43,746 nt of DNA from contig JAFLDI010000001.1 in NCBI GenBank assembly GCA_017302485.1, positions 1 to 43,746 on the forward strand, in the 5' to 3' direction. Numbering within the stretch: the stretch's first letter is position 1; the number at the start of each line of letters is the position of its first letter. The position numbers were made by a program, and so were the translations under genes. The notes under the pieces were generated by a model. That model did no database searches and was not told the DNA's origin. It saw only the letters and a program-made list of their open reading frames with translations. Shown in pieces: positions 18,007 to 26,355 of the stretch. The DNA comes from Burkholderiales bacterium (GTDB lineage: Bacteria; Pseudomonadota; Gammaproteobacteria; Burkholderiales; Burkholderiaceae_C).

Positions 18007-18339
18007 ATGGCGCACCGGCATGCGTCCTCCGGGGAGATCGTCGAGCTGAAGGCGCTGGGCGATGCGCTGGAGCAGCACGTCACCCACGCGCTGATCAAGT
18101 CCGCTCAGCTGGAACTGGTCAGGCTCGTGCTTCCCGCCGGCAAGGCGCTTCGCGAGCACCGTGTCGCAGGGGAGATCACCGTGCTCTGCGTGGAAGGGGT
18201 GATCGACATCCGTGTCAACGGCAGCGACCGGCGGCTGGCCTCAGGCCAGCTCATTCACCTGGGTGCCGGCGAGCCGCACGCCGTGCGCGCGGTGACGAAT
18301 GCGTCCGCGCTTCTGACGATCTGCCTGGTGGCGCCGTAA
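18007..18339 (+). CDS. cupin domain protein
   Basis: EHRVAGEITVLCVEG...GEPHAV cupin motifs. GGAGG RBS. Confidence 0.8.
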   Translation: MAHRHASSGEIVELKALGDALEQHVTHALIKSAQLELVRLVLPAGKALREHRVAGEITVLCVEGVIDIRVNGSDRRLASGQLIHLGAGEPHAVRAVTNASALLTICLVAP

Positions 18340-18359
18340 GGGTCAGTCCGGCAGTGCCT

Positions 18360-18764
18360 TCACCCCAGCTGCACCGCGCGGCCCTGGCGATCGAAGGGGA
18401 TCATCCCGCCCAGGCCACCGGCCTTCACGGATTCGACCATGCCCTGCAAGGCGCTGTCGATCTGGCTGCTGCCAGGCGGCTGCTGTCCTGTGCCGGGCAG
18501 CGCGGCCGCGAAGACCAGCACCCACGGTTGACCCATTGCGGCGGCCTCTTCGCAAAGGGCTGCGAAGTCCGCCAACTCGGCGGGATCCTTGTCCACACAC
18601 ATCAAGGGCGACAGTTCCCCGGACTCGCCGGCTTCGAAACTCCGGCGTTGGTCTGGGGTGGCGTCCGCCGGAAGGCTGGCCCCGGCAAACACCAGCAGCA
18701 ATCGCTGCGCTTCGGGCTGATGCCGCGCCGCGGCCAGCAGGTCGTTGAAATGGCTGATGCTCAT
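18360..18764 (-). CDS. conserved hypothetical protein
   Basis: MSISHFNDLLAAARHQPEAQRLLLVFA...LSPLMCVDK. I recall this family near anaerobiosis genes, often mislabelled as a ribonucleotide reductase subunit. At 134 aa it is too short for that. Confidence 0.65.
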   Translation of the reverse strand: MSISHFNDLLAAARHQPEAQRLLLVFAGASLPADATPDQRRSFEAGESGELSPLMCVDKDPAELADFAALCEEAAAMGQPWVLVFAAALPGTGQQPPGSSQIDSALQGMVESVKAGGLGGMIPFDRQGRAVQLG

Positions 18765-18792
18765 GGTCGCGAGCTTATCCCCATCCCGGACC

Positions 18793-19212
18793 GTGTCTGA
18801 ACTGCTGCCCTGGTACCCGCATATCAAAATGGCCCACATCTCGCTGGTCGTGGCCAGCGGCATGTTGTTCGCCTGGCGCGGCGCGATGGTCCTGGCTGGG
18901 CACGCCTGGGTCATGGGTCAGCGCTGGCGGGTGCTCAGCTACGTCATCGACACGGGGTTGCTGGTCGCGGGCGTCACGCTGTGGGCCACGCTCTCACTGA
19001 ATCCGTTGATGCAGCACTGGCTGGCGGCCAAGCTCTGGCTCTTGCTTGTGTACGTGGTCCTCGGCTCGATGGCGCTCAAGCGCGCGCGGTCGCCCGTCGT
19101 CCGGCAGACCTGCTTTGTGGCCGCTCTGGCGGTCTACGGTTTCATGGCGTCCGTTGCATACATTCACGATCCGCTGGGGCTGCTTCTGCCCTGGGTGTCC
19201 CATGGCGGCTGA
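18793..19212 (+). CDS. SirB2 family membrane protein
   Basis: YPHIKMAH...SGMLFAWRG, SYVIDTGLL.AG and WLAAKL...YVVLGSMALKR motifs. GTG start chosen at 18793. Confidence 0.8.
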   Translation: MSELLPWYPHIKMAHISLVVASGMLFAWRGAMVLAGHAWVMGQRWRVLSYVIDTGLLVAGVTLWATLSLNPLMQHWLAAKLWLLLVYVVLGSMALKRARSPVVRQTCFVAALAVYGFMASVAYIHDPLGLLLPWVSHGG

Positions 19213-19270
19213 GACCCTGACATGGCCTGGAAGCGTCAGCGCCGAATGGGGTCTCCATTACACTGACGAC

Positions 19271-21148
19271 ATGCCAAGGTCATGGAATCTTTCCGCCAAG
19301 CTCGGGGCGATCGGCGCCGCGTTGCTGCTGATGGCCTTCGCCTCGATCGGGCTCACGCTGTGGGTGACCTGGCAGCTGGAAGGCGGCGCGGCGGCGGTCA
19401 ACGAAGCCGGCCGCATGCGCATGCAGACCTGGCGCCTGGCGCAGACGTTGGAGCGCGCCGACGAGCGGCAGAAGGGTGCGCTGTTCGAGCAGTTCGACAG
19501 CAGCATCGGGGTGCTTCGCACGGGCGACCCGGCGCGGCCGCTCTTCGTTCCGCACGATCACGCCTCCCAGGAGGCCTTTGCCTTGGTGCAGCGAGAGTGG
19601 GATGTGCTGAAAGCCGCCTGGGGCACGTCGACGGCACCGGGTGCGGAGCGCGCGGCGCAGCAGGCCGACGCGTTCGTGAGCCGCATCGACACCTTCGTCT
19701 CCGCCATCGAGAAGCACCTGTCCGGCCTGACGGCGATCCTGAACGCCGTGCAGTTCGTGATGGTGGCTCTCACCATCGGCAGTGCGATCGCCTTGCTGTA
19801 CTCCGCCTACCTGTTCATCTTCAATCCACTGTCCCGGCTGCAGGCCGGGCTCTCACGGGTGGAGAAGGGTGATCTGGCGGCGCGCGTCGTACCCGGTGCC
19901 GACGACGAGTTCGGATCGCTGGCCAAGGGCTTCAATCGCATGGCGGAGACGCTTCAGGGGCTGTACCAGAACCTGGAGGGCAAGGTCCAAGAGAAGACCG
20001 AGCGCCTCGAATCCCAGCGCGCGCGGCTCGAGGCGCTGTACGAGTCGGCCGCGTTCGTGGCCCGTGCTGACACGCTGGAAGCGCTGGCGCAGGGGATTGC
20101 CCGGCAGGTCCGGCAGGTGGCGCGGGCTGACGCCTCAGCCGTGCGCTGGTCGGACGAGGCCAACCGCAAGTACCTCCTGCTGGCCTCCGACTGCCTGCCC
20201 CAGTCGGTCATCGATGAGGAGCACTGCATCCCGACCGGTGACTGCCTGTGCGGCCAGCCCCAGTCGGGTGCGATGACGCGGGTGATCCCGATTCATTCGG
20301 AAGGCACGGCGTCGCGACTGGCCCATTGCGCGCGCGAGGGCTTCGAGTCCGTTGTCAGCGTGCCCGTCCGCCTGCACGAGCGACTGGTCGGCGAGATCAA
20401 CCTCTTTTACCGCGATACCCGGCCGCTGGCCGATGAAGACCGTGTCCTGCTGGAGACCATCGCCAGCCACCTGGCCGGCGCCATCGAGAGTCTTCGGGCA
20501 GCGGCCCTCCAGCGCGAGACCGCTGTCGCCGAGGAACGCAGCTTCATCGCCCGGGAGCTTCACGATTCCATCGCCCAGAGTCTGGCGTTCCTGAAGATCC
20601 AGCTGGGTCTGCTGCGCAGTGACATCCGCAGCGCCGATCCGGCCCGCATCGAGAAGACGCTGGCCGAGCTGGACGCGGGCGTGCACGAGAGCCTGGGCGA
20701 CGTGCGCGAGCTGCTGGTGCACTTCCGCACCCGCACCAATGCGGAAGACATCGCGCCCGCGCTGAAGACAACCCTGCAGAAGTTCGAGCACCAGACCGGA
20801 CTGACCACCCACCTCGACATCGAAGGCGAGGGCATGCCACTTCCGGCGGACGTCCAGGTGCAGGTCCTTCACGTGGTGCAGGAGGCGTTGTCGAACGTGC
20901 GCAAGCATGCCCGTGCCCGCGAGGTGTGGGTGGAGGTGCAGCAGTCACCGCAGTGGCGCGTCGAGGTGCGCGACGACGGCTGCGGTTTCGAGGCCGACGG
21001 CACCGGGCCCGACGAGACCCATGTCGGCCTGCGCATCATGCGTGAACGCGCGCAGAACATTGGCGCCTCGGTGGAAGTGGCGTCGGTGCCGGGCTCGGGC
21101 ACCTGTGTGGTCCTGAAGCTGCCGGAGCGGCTGGGGATGGCGGCGTGA
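19271..21148 (+). CDS. narX: nitrate/nitrite sensor histidine kinase
   Basis: P-box AAVNEAGRMRMQTWRL, HAMP domain, GAF-like region with Cys cluster (DCLCG), ARELHDSIAQ H-box and HATPase. Confidence 0.93.
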   Translation: MPRSWNLSAKLGAIGAALLLMAFASIGLTLWVTWQLEGGAAAVNEAGRMRMQTWRLAQTLERADERQKGALFEQFDSSIGVLRTGDPARPLFVPHDHASQEAFALVQREWDVLKAAWGTSTAPGAERAAQQADAFVSRIDTFVSAIEKHLSGLTAILNAVQFVMVALTIGSAIALLYSAYLFIFNPLSRLQAGLSRVEKGDLAARVVPGADDEFGSLAKGFNRMAETLQGLYQNLEGKVQEKTERLESQRARLEALYESAAFVARADTLEALAQGIARQVRQVARADASAVRWSDEANRKYLLLASDCLPQSVIDEEHCIPTGDCLCGQPQSGAMTRVIPIHSEGTASRLAHCAREGFESVVSVPVRLHERLVGEINLFYRDTRPLADEDRVLLETIASHLAGAIESLRAAALQRETAVAEERSFIARELHDSIAQSLAFLKIQLGLLRSDIRSADPARIEKTLAELDAGVHESLGDVRELLVHFRTRTNAEDIAPALKTTLQKFEHQTGLTTHLDIEGEGMPLPADVQVQVLHVVQEALSNVRKHARAREVWVEVQQSPQWRVEVRDDGCGFEADGTGPDETHVGLRIMRERAQNIGASVEVASVPGSGTCVVLKLPERLGMAA

Positions 21149-21813
21149 CCCAGCCTGAAGCCATCCGGGTGCTGGTCGTCGACGACCACACGCTGTTCCG
21201 TCGTGGATTGATCTCGTTGTTGTCCGGAGATGCGCGCTTCGAGGTGGTCGGCGAAGCCGGTGACGCGAACGAGGCGCACCAGCGGGCCCTCGCGACCCAG
21301 CCTGACGTGATCCTGCTGGACAACCACATGCCCGGTGTCAACGGCGTCGATGCGCTGCCGGGGTTCAAGGCCGCCGCGCCGCAGGCACGTGTGCTGATGC
21401 TGACGGTCAGCGAAGACGAGCGTGACCTGGCCGCGGCACTCCGAGGCGGCGCCCGAGGCTACCTGCTCAAGACCATGGACAGCGAGATGCTGGCGGCGAT
21501 CATCCAGCGCACGATGGCCGGGGATTCGGTGGTGAGCCCCGAGATGACCAGCAAGCTGGTCAGCGCTTTCCAGGCCGGGCAGGGCGAGGCGATGCCGCCG
21601 CCGGCGATCGATCAGGACCCGATCCACAGCCTGTCGCCACGCGAACGCGAGATCCTGGCACTCATCGCCAAGGGGGCCAGCAACAAGGAAGTGGCGCGCG
21701 AACTGAGCATCGCCGAGGCGACCGTGAAGATCCATGTCCAGCACATCCTGCGCAAGCTGAACCTCAGCTCGCGCGTACAGGCCGCGGTGTACTTGGCCGG
21801 GCGGTCCGGATGA
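21145..21813 (+). CDS. narL: nitrate/nitrite response regulator (REC + LuxR HTH)
   Basis: VVDDH...LLDNHMP...GYLLK and LSPREREIL...SNKEVAREL. Overlaps the narX stop. Confidence 0.92.
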   Translation: MTQPEAIRVLVVDDHTLFRRGLISLLSGDARFEVVGEAGDANEAHQRALATQPDVILLDNHMPGVNGVDALPGFKAAAPQARVLMLTVSEDERDLAAALRGGARGYLLKTMDSEMLAAIIQRTMAGDSVVSPEMTSKLVSAFQAGQGEAMPPPAIDQDPIHSLSPREREILALIAKGASNKEVARELSIAEATVKIHVQHILRKLNLSSRVQAAVYLAGRSG

Positions 21814-22434
21814 CGATGCAGGCTGTGCCTCCGGGCCCGGATCCGCTGCCCGCGTCGGCTGGGCAGGACCTGTTGCACCTGCTCGGCCAGCGCTTCTCGA
21901 CCGGACCCAAGTACCTCGCGGCGCCCGGACCGACCATGGAGGCTTGGATGCGCGCGGCCCGGGTCGCGGAGCGGGCACCGGACCACGGCGCGCTTCGGCC
22001 GTTCCGGTTTGTCATCGTCGGCGACGATCAGCGGCTTGCGCTATCAGAGTTGTTCGCGCAAGGTGCCCTGGAACGTGGTCAGCCGCCCGACGACGTCGAG
22101 AGGGCCAGGGCGCGGGCCTTCAACGGCCCCTGGGCTGGCCGCTCTCGTGGCCCGCATCTGCCCCGATGTCCCCGACGTGTTGGTGCACGAACAGTGGATG
22201 TGCGTGGGCGCTGGACTGATGAACTTCTTGAACGCCCTCCATGTGATGGGCTTCGCGGCGAAGTCCCTCAGCGGCCTCTCGGTGTCGGATGAAGCGATCA
22301 AAGCCGCCTTCTGCGACTCGGACGAGAGCCTGGCCTGCTGGATCGTTGCCGGGCGACTGCGGCAGCCAGCGCACCCCCGGCAGCGAGAGCCCGTCGCCCC
22401 TCTCCTGGAGACCTGGCGTCCGACAAAGGCCTGA
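21810..22434 (+). pseudogene. nitroreductase (YdjA-like) split by a +1 frameshift
   Basis: QRFS...APDHGALRPFRF in one frame. At GGCCCCTGGG (about 22125-22134) coding continues in another frame as GLAALVAR...EQWMCVGAGLMNFLNALHVMGF. Removing one C restores an ORF of about 207 aa. Confidence 0.75.
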
Positions 22435-22514
22435 TGGGCTTCCGTGGACAGTCGAACCTAGATGCTGCAGGCGTTGCCCGGCGGGGTGACTTGCCGCGTT
22501 GGCCATGTGGTCGC

Positions 22515-22652
22515 GCCAACAGCAACGAAGTGACGCGCGAGGTCTGCATTGCCGAGGCGATCGTGAAGACCCATGTCAAGCACATCCTACGGCATCCGAT
22601 TCTCCGCTCGCGCGTTCAGGCCGTGGTTTACCTCACGGGCTGTTCGGGTCGA
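22515..22652 (+). pseudogene. decayed copy of the narL 3' end (LuxR HTH fragment)
   Basis: Ungapped 138-nt alignment to 21676-21813: ANSNEVTREVCIAEAIVKTHVKHILRHPILRSRVQAVVYLTGCSG versus ASNKEVARELSIAEATVKIHVQHILRKLNLSSRVQAAVYLAGRSG. The TGA position reads CGA. Confidence 0.8.
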
Positions 22653-22698
22653 CGCGGGGCTCCACAGAGGCGGCGCCATTGGCATCTCACGGACACTT

Positions 22699-23010
22699 CT
22701 AGCCCGTGCTCCAAGCGCGCGGGCGCTTCATGCCGGCAATCTTGCAGGCCTGAGCGACGTAGCCGTAGGGAAACAGTTCAAAGAGGCGCTTTCGACCTTG
22801 GCCGGGGTATCGCTGTTCGAGGTGACGCATGACATGCCGGGCGTCGGGCGTGACCTGGCGCTCTTGCTGCTGTTCGCGCATGAAGCTGATCACGAACCAG
22901 TGATCGTCTGTCAATGCGATTCCCTGCTCAGCCGCGATCTGGCCAGCCCACGTTGAAGTCCAGTCGGTTGGCTCCACGAGATAGCCTTCTTCGTCTTGCC
23001 GGGGCATCAT
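22699..23010 (-). CDS. TusE/DsrC family protein lacking the C-terminal Cys
   Basis: DEEGYLVEPTDW, LTDDHWFVI and LFELFPYG..QACKIAG motifs, ending RPRAWSTG. GGAGGAG RBS. Confidence 0.85.
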   Translation of the reverse strand: MMPRQDEEGYLVEPTDWTSTWAGQIAAEQGIALTDDHWFVISFMREQQQERQVTPDARHVMRHLEQRYPGQGRKRLFELFPYGYVAQACKIAGMKRPRAWSTG

Positions 23011-23092
23011 GGTCTCCTCCAGGAAAGAAAAGGGGTGCGCTTTCAGTTGCCGGTCGTCGCGCTCGTCCCTTGGGTGCGAATGAGAAGTCGGT

Positions 23093-23644
23093 TCAACGCT
23101 CAGCCACGCGAGTACGTCGGCGCCGCATCGCCACGCCGATGCGGTCCAGTTCGGTCTCGCCCAGCAGGCGTGCGGCCATGGGCAGCAGTTCGCCTTCTTC
23201 ACGTCGGATGTGCGCCTCGTAGCGCTCAACGAAGGAAGAGACCAGTGCGGCGTCGACGATGTGGCCAGTCATCTCGCTGACGCTCAAGAGTTGAGGGCGC
23301 AGCGCGCCCCAGAGTTGCTCGAGCTTGCGGTGGTCGCCGCAAAGTGACGCGGTGAGTTCCCGAAGACACACCGCGTCCGACCCTGCCATCGATTCCAACA
23401 ACGCCGGGAACAGATCGTGTTCCTCGTCTTCATGGTGGTGGCGTGCCGCTGAATCGAAGTAGCGCATGATGGCTCTGGCTGCTTCCTGCGCGTCACGGTC
23501 GGCGCCGTGACGCTGAAGGTGGGGCAAAAGGCGCTGCAGGGTGGCGCACTGGTGCTGGACGCGACCGTGACAGGCAGCCAGCATCTCCAGCGGCACTTCG
23601 AAGCCAACGGCGGGTGCGCTGTGGCCTGGGATGGCGTGGGTCAT
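23093..23644 (-). CDS. hemerythrin domain protein
   Basis: PLEMLAACHGRV, YFD..ARHHHEDEEHDLFP, DH and HIRREEGELLP motifs. Confidence 0.88.
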   Translation of the reverse strand: MTHAIPGHSAPAVGFEVPLEMLAACHGRVQHQCATLQRLLPHLQRHGADRDAQEAARAIMRYFDSAARHHHEDEEHDLFPALLESMAGSDAVCLRELTASLCGDHRKLEQLWGALRPQLLSVSEMTGHIVDAALVSSFVERYEAHIRREEGELLPMAARLLGETELDRIGVAMRRRRTRVAER

Positions 23645-23671
23645 CGAGTGGAGTCTCCGATCGGTCGGTCT

Positions 23672-24181
23672 TCACGCGCCGCCTCGGGGGCGGGCTACGC
23701 GGCCGGCCTCGGTCTGTCCTGTCCCCAGCGCGCGCCGGCGGCTGGCCGGTGGCGCGATCGTCCGGCTTCGGGGCAGGGTGGGGCCCTGTGTCATATCCGC
23801 CAGCGTGGCGCCGTCCAGGGCCTTGAAGTAGCCGGCCAGCGCATCGTCGAAAAGGTGCTTCAGCCGGCAGGCCGGCGATAGCGTGCACGCGTTGGTCGTG
23901 GCGTCGAAGCACTCCACCAGGCGAAAGTCGGTCTCGGTGGCGCGCACCACATCGCCGATGCGGATCTGATCGGGCTCTGCCCGCAGCCGCAGCCCGCCGC
24001 CGCGTCCGCGCGTGGTCTCGAGCAGGCCACGGTGCGCCAGGTCGTTGACCACTTTCATCAGGTGATTCCGGGACAGCCCGTGCTGCTCGGCCAGTTCACC
24101 GATCGTGACCAGGCGGTCCCGATGTGCGGCGCAGTACATCAGCACCCGCAAGGTGTAGTCCGTGTATTCGGAAAGGCGCAT
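23672..24181 (-). CDS. nsrR: Rrf2 family NO-sensing repressor
   Basis: MRLSEYTDYTLRVLMY, SRNHLMKVV and RGRGGGL motifs. Three Cys in LVECF...NACTLSPACRL. Divergent from nnrS. Confidence 0.85.
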   Translation of the reverse strand: MRLSEYTDYTLRVLMYCAAHRDRLVTIGELAEQHGLSRNHLMKVVNDLAHRGLLETTRGRGGGLRLRAEPDQIRIGDVVRATETDFRLVECFDATTNACTLSPACRLKHLFDDALAGYFKALDGATLADMTQGPTLPRSRTIAPPASRRRALGTGQTEAGRVARPRGGA

Positions 24182-24188
24182 GGAACCT

Positions 24189-24219
24189 CTTAAAGATGCA
24201 TGCAGTGTATTGCTTTAAG
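24189..24219. promoter_or_regulatory. candidate NsrR operator
   Basis: CTTAAAGATGCATGCAGTGTATTGCTTTAAG. It has a good AAGATGCAT left half-site, a weak right half and palindromic CTTAAAG/CTTTAAG flanks. It is an AT-rich patch just upstream of nsrR. Confidence 0.55.
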
Positions 24220-24297
24220 GGCCGGATGTCATTAACATGCACACACCATACAGCTTTAGATTCGGCTTCGTCGCTTCCCCGAAGCCAGGTCTCCATC

Positions 24298-25536
24298 ATG
24301 AAAAGCCCGTCAAGCGACATTCCTCTCGTCCCGCAGGCCGGCGTGCCGAGCGCTGACGCCAGGGCGCCGAGCATGGAGTTCCCGCTGCCTGGCTGGCCGC
24401 TGTTCCGGCTGGGCTTCCGTCCGTTCTACCTCGGCGCGGCGGCCTTCGCGGCGCTCGCGGTGCCGTACTGGGTCGCAGCCCTTCTGGGCGTGGCGGCGCT
24501 GCCGGCGACGATGCCCCCGCTGTTGTGGCACGCCCACGAGATGCTGTTCGGCTTTGCGGTCGCGGTGATCGTGGGTTTCCTGCTGACGGCCGGAAAGGCC
24601 TGGACCGGCTTGTCCACGCCGCGCGGCGCCACCCTGGCCGTGATGGCGGCAATCTGGCTGGCGGCGCGGCTGGCAGCGCTTGGTGCGCCGTACGCCGTGT
24701 ACGCGTTGCTCGATGCCCTGTTGCTGCCTTGGGTGGCCGGAGTGTTGCTGCGGGTGCTCTGGAAGTCGGGGAACCGCCGCAATCTCCCGTTGGGTGCCGT
24801 GGTCGTGCTGCTGGCGTCCTCCAACCTCGCGTTTCATGCGGCGACGCTGGGATGGTTCAGCATCGACCCCCTGCGCGCGCTGCACGCCGGCCTCGCTTTG
24901 ATCGTGACGATCGAGTGCGTGATCGCCGGGCGCGTCATCCCGGCCTTCACGATGTCGGCACTGCCGGGTCGGCAACTCCAGACGCCGCCTTGGCTCGAGC
25001 GTGCTGCGCTGGCCACGACCGCGTTGTCGCTGGCGGTCTGGGTGCTGTTGCCCGTCAACCCGATCACGGCTGCAGGCCTCAGCTTGGCGGCCCTGCTGCA
25101 CACATTGCGGCTGTGGCACTGGCAGCCCTGGCGCACGAAGGCGCGGCCCATCCTGTGGGTGCTGCATATGGCCTACGCCTGGCTGCCCTTGGGCTTCGCG
25201 CTGCTCGCAGCCGCTCAAATGGGCTTCGTGTCGACGTCTGCCGGCATCCATGCCCTTGCCGTCGGCGCCACGGCTGGACTCATCGTTGGCATGATCACCC
25301 GGACCGCGCGCGGCCATACCGGCCGGCCGCTGAAGGCGTCACGGCTGGAAGTGACGGCCTATCTGCTGGTCCTGGCTGCAGCCGTGGTCCGCGTGGCCCT
25401 GCCGCTGCTCGCACCGGCACTCACGGCCGACGCGCTGATCGTGGCGGCAGTCGCCTGGTCACTGGCGTTCACCCTCTACCTTTGGCGCTTCGGCCCTTGG
25501 CTGATGGCCAGCCGGCTGGACGGCAAGTATGGATGA
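24298..25536 (+). CDS. nnrS: NnrS family protein (copy 2, canonical)
   Basis: LGFRPFYL, WHAHEMLFGF, GFLLTA, GRVIPAFT and IHAL...MITRTARGHTGRPL motifs. The start could be 24298 or 24373. Confidence 0.93.
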   Translation: MKSPSSDIPLVPQAGVPSADARAPSMEFPLPGWPLFRLGFRPFYLGAAAFAALAVPYWVAALLGVAALPATMPPLLWHAHEMLFGFAVAVIVGFLLTAGKAWTGLSTPRGATLAVMAAIWLAARLAALGAPYAVYALLDALLLPWVAGVLLRVLWKSGNRRNLPLGAVVVLLASSNLAFHAATLGWFSIDPLRALHAGLALIVTIECVIAGRVIPAFTMSALPGRQLQTPPWLERAALATTALSLAVWVLLPVNPITAAGLSLAALLHTLRLWHWQPWRTKARPILWVLHMAYAWLPLGFALLAAAQMGFVSTSAGIHALAVGATAGLIVGMITRTARGHTGRPLKASRLEVTAYLLVLAAAVVRVALPLLAPALTADALIVAAVAWSLAFTLYLWRFGPWLMASRLDGKYG

Positions 25537-25652
25537 CGCGACGCAGCGCGCTGACTCCTCGGCAAGCCGATCGAACCCTGAGGTTCTTCAACGCATCTCC
25601 AAGACGCGGCTGCGCTCGCGGTGATGCCCAACTCCCCCCCTGAAAGGCCCCA

Positions 25653-25967
25653 ATGACTGCCACCCTGATCCAACCGACCCATGTGCTCGATCTGCGGACC
25701 ATCCCGCCCCGCGAGCGCCACCCGCTGATCTTCGGCCGCTTCGACAGCCTGGCCGTCGGGCAGGCGCTGCAACTGGTCAACGACCACAACCCGCAACCCT
25801 TGCACTACCAGTTCGATGACCGTTCCTACGGGCAGTTCGAGTGGACGGTGCTGGAGGCCGGCCCGTCGGTCTGGCGCATCCAGATCGCCCGCACCGCGGA
25901 CGCCGCCAACGCGCAACCCATTGCGCGCGGCGATTCCTGCTGCTCGGGCGGCGCCTGCTGCGGCTGA
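25653..25967 (+). CDS. DUF2249 domain protein with Cys-rich tail
   Basis: LDLRTIPPRERHPLIF, LVNDHNPQPL and GPSVWRIQI motifs, ending CCSGGACCG. Confidence 0.85.
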   Translation: MTATLIQPTHVLDLRTIPPRERHPLIFGRFDSLAVGQALQLVNDHNPQPLHYQFDDRSYGQFEWTVLEAGPSVWRIQIARTADAANAQPIARGDSCCSGGACCG

Positions 25968-25985
25968 CCCCGGGCGTCGTGCGCG

Positions 25986-26309
25986 ATGACCTTCGTCGTC
26001 ACCGAGGCCTGCATCCGGTGCAAGTACACCGATTGCGTCGACGTCTGTCCGGTCGATGCATTCCGGGAGGGGCCGAACTTCCTGGTCATCGACCCGGACG
26101 AGTGCATCGACTGCGCCGTCTGCGTGCCCGAGTGCCCGGTAAATGCGATCTATGGCGAGGAAGACGTGCCCGCCGATCAACAGCACTTCACGTCGCTGAA
26201 CGCCGAGCTCTCCCGGGACTGGAAGCCCATCACGAAGACCAAGCTGGCACTGCCCGATGCCGAGGAATGGAGCCGGATCGAGCGCAAGCTCGACCAGCTG
26301 AAGCGATGA
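25986..26309 (+). CDS. fdxA: 7Fe ferredoxin (Azotobacter FdI type)
   Basis: [24 protein letters not shown]...[14 protein letters not shown]. Confidence 0.92.
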   Translation: MTFVVTEACIRCKYTDCVDVCPVDAFREGPNFLVIDPDECIDCAVCVPECPVNAIYGEEDVPADQQHFTSLNAELSRDWKPITKTKLALPDAEEWSRIERKLDQLKR

Positions 26310-26355
26310 CTCGCGCCTCGACCTTGTACCGCCGGAATCCGCGCGAGCGCTGAGC

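Noticed and set aside
18360-18764. Ribonucleotide reductase subunit
   Set aside because: Only 134 aa with no RNR motifs. The label I recall for this family looks like a propagated misannotation.
24264-24286. Hairpin GGCTTCG-N9-CGAAGCC upstream of nnrS
   Set aside because: A 7-bp stem with no poly-U tail and no recognisable riboswitch features. It is plausibly chance.
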